Shown here one piece after another: positions 38,160 to 38,160 of a stretch of DNA of 38,160 nucleotides. Source of the DNA: an uncultured Methyloversatilis sp. (lineage in GTDB: Bacteria > Pseudomonadota > Gammaproteobacteria > Burkholderiales > Rhodocyclaceae); the NCBI GenBank assembly GCA_964617225.1, contig CAZTWA010000001.1, positions 1 to 38,160 on the forward strand, in the 5' to 3' direction. The notes under the pieces are model-generated. The model made no database searches and was not told the DNA's origin. It was given only the letters and a program-made list of their open reading frames with translations. The translations under genes were made by a program, and so were the position numbers. Within the stretch, counting starts at the first letter, position 1. Each line of letters begins with the position of its first letter.

Positions 38160-38160
38160 G

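Overview
GC-rich betaproteobacterial chromosome segment (Rhodocyclales/Nitrosomonadales-like; taxonomy inferred from gene style) made mostly of core genes: the end of a cytochrome c maturation operon (ccmF-G-H-I), a purine salvage trio (NCS2 permease, apt, hpt), an FNR-controlled periplasmic nitrate reductase cluster (napDAGHB-cytochrome c-napC plus a convergent short napF), yicC-gmk-rpoZ-spoT, Ser/Thr kinase-rph-rdgB-hemW, thiS-thiG-trmB, a membrane class III nucleotide cyclase, an orphan histidine kinase divergent from a sigma54-type pilin-like gene, a CPA2/Kef antiporter, kdsD-kdsC-lptC-lptA, phasin, CinA-like and EI24 proteins, and a partial hrpA. No mobile element, tRNA, rRNA or CRISPR array was seen. 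The signal the genes do not explain is a dispersed, asymmetric 23-bp motif, AAAGTCAGC-N4-GC-RN-GACGGC. I found 10 copies by eye (5 per strand, about 1 per 3.8 kb), both between genes and inside unrelated genes in four reading frames. It behaves like a DNA uptake sequence (DUS/USS) and shares GCCGTC with the Neisseria DUS, but matches no dialect I know. Two candidate small RNAs (upstream of napF and downstream of phasin) are also noted.
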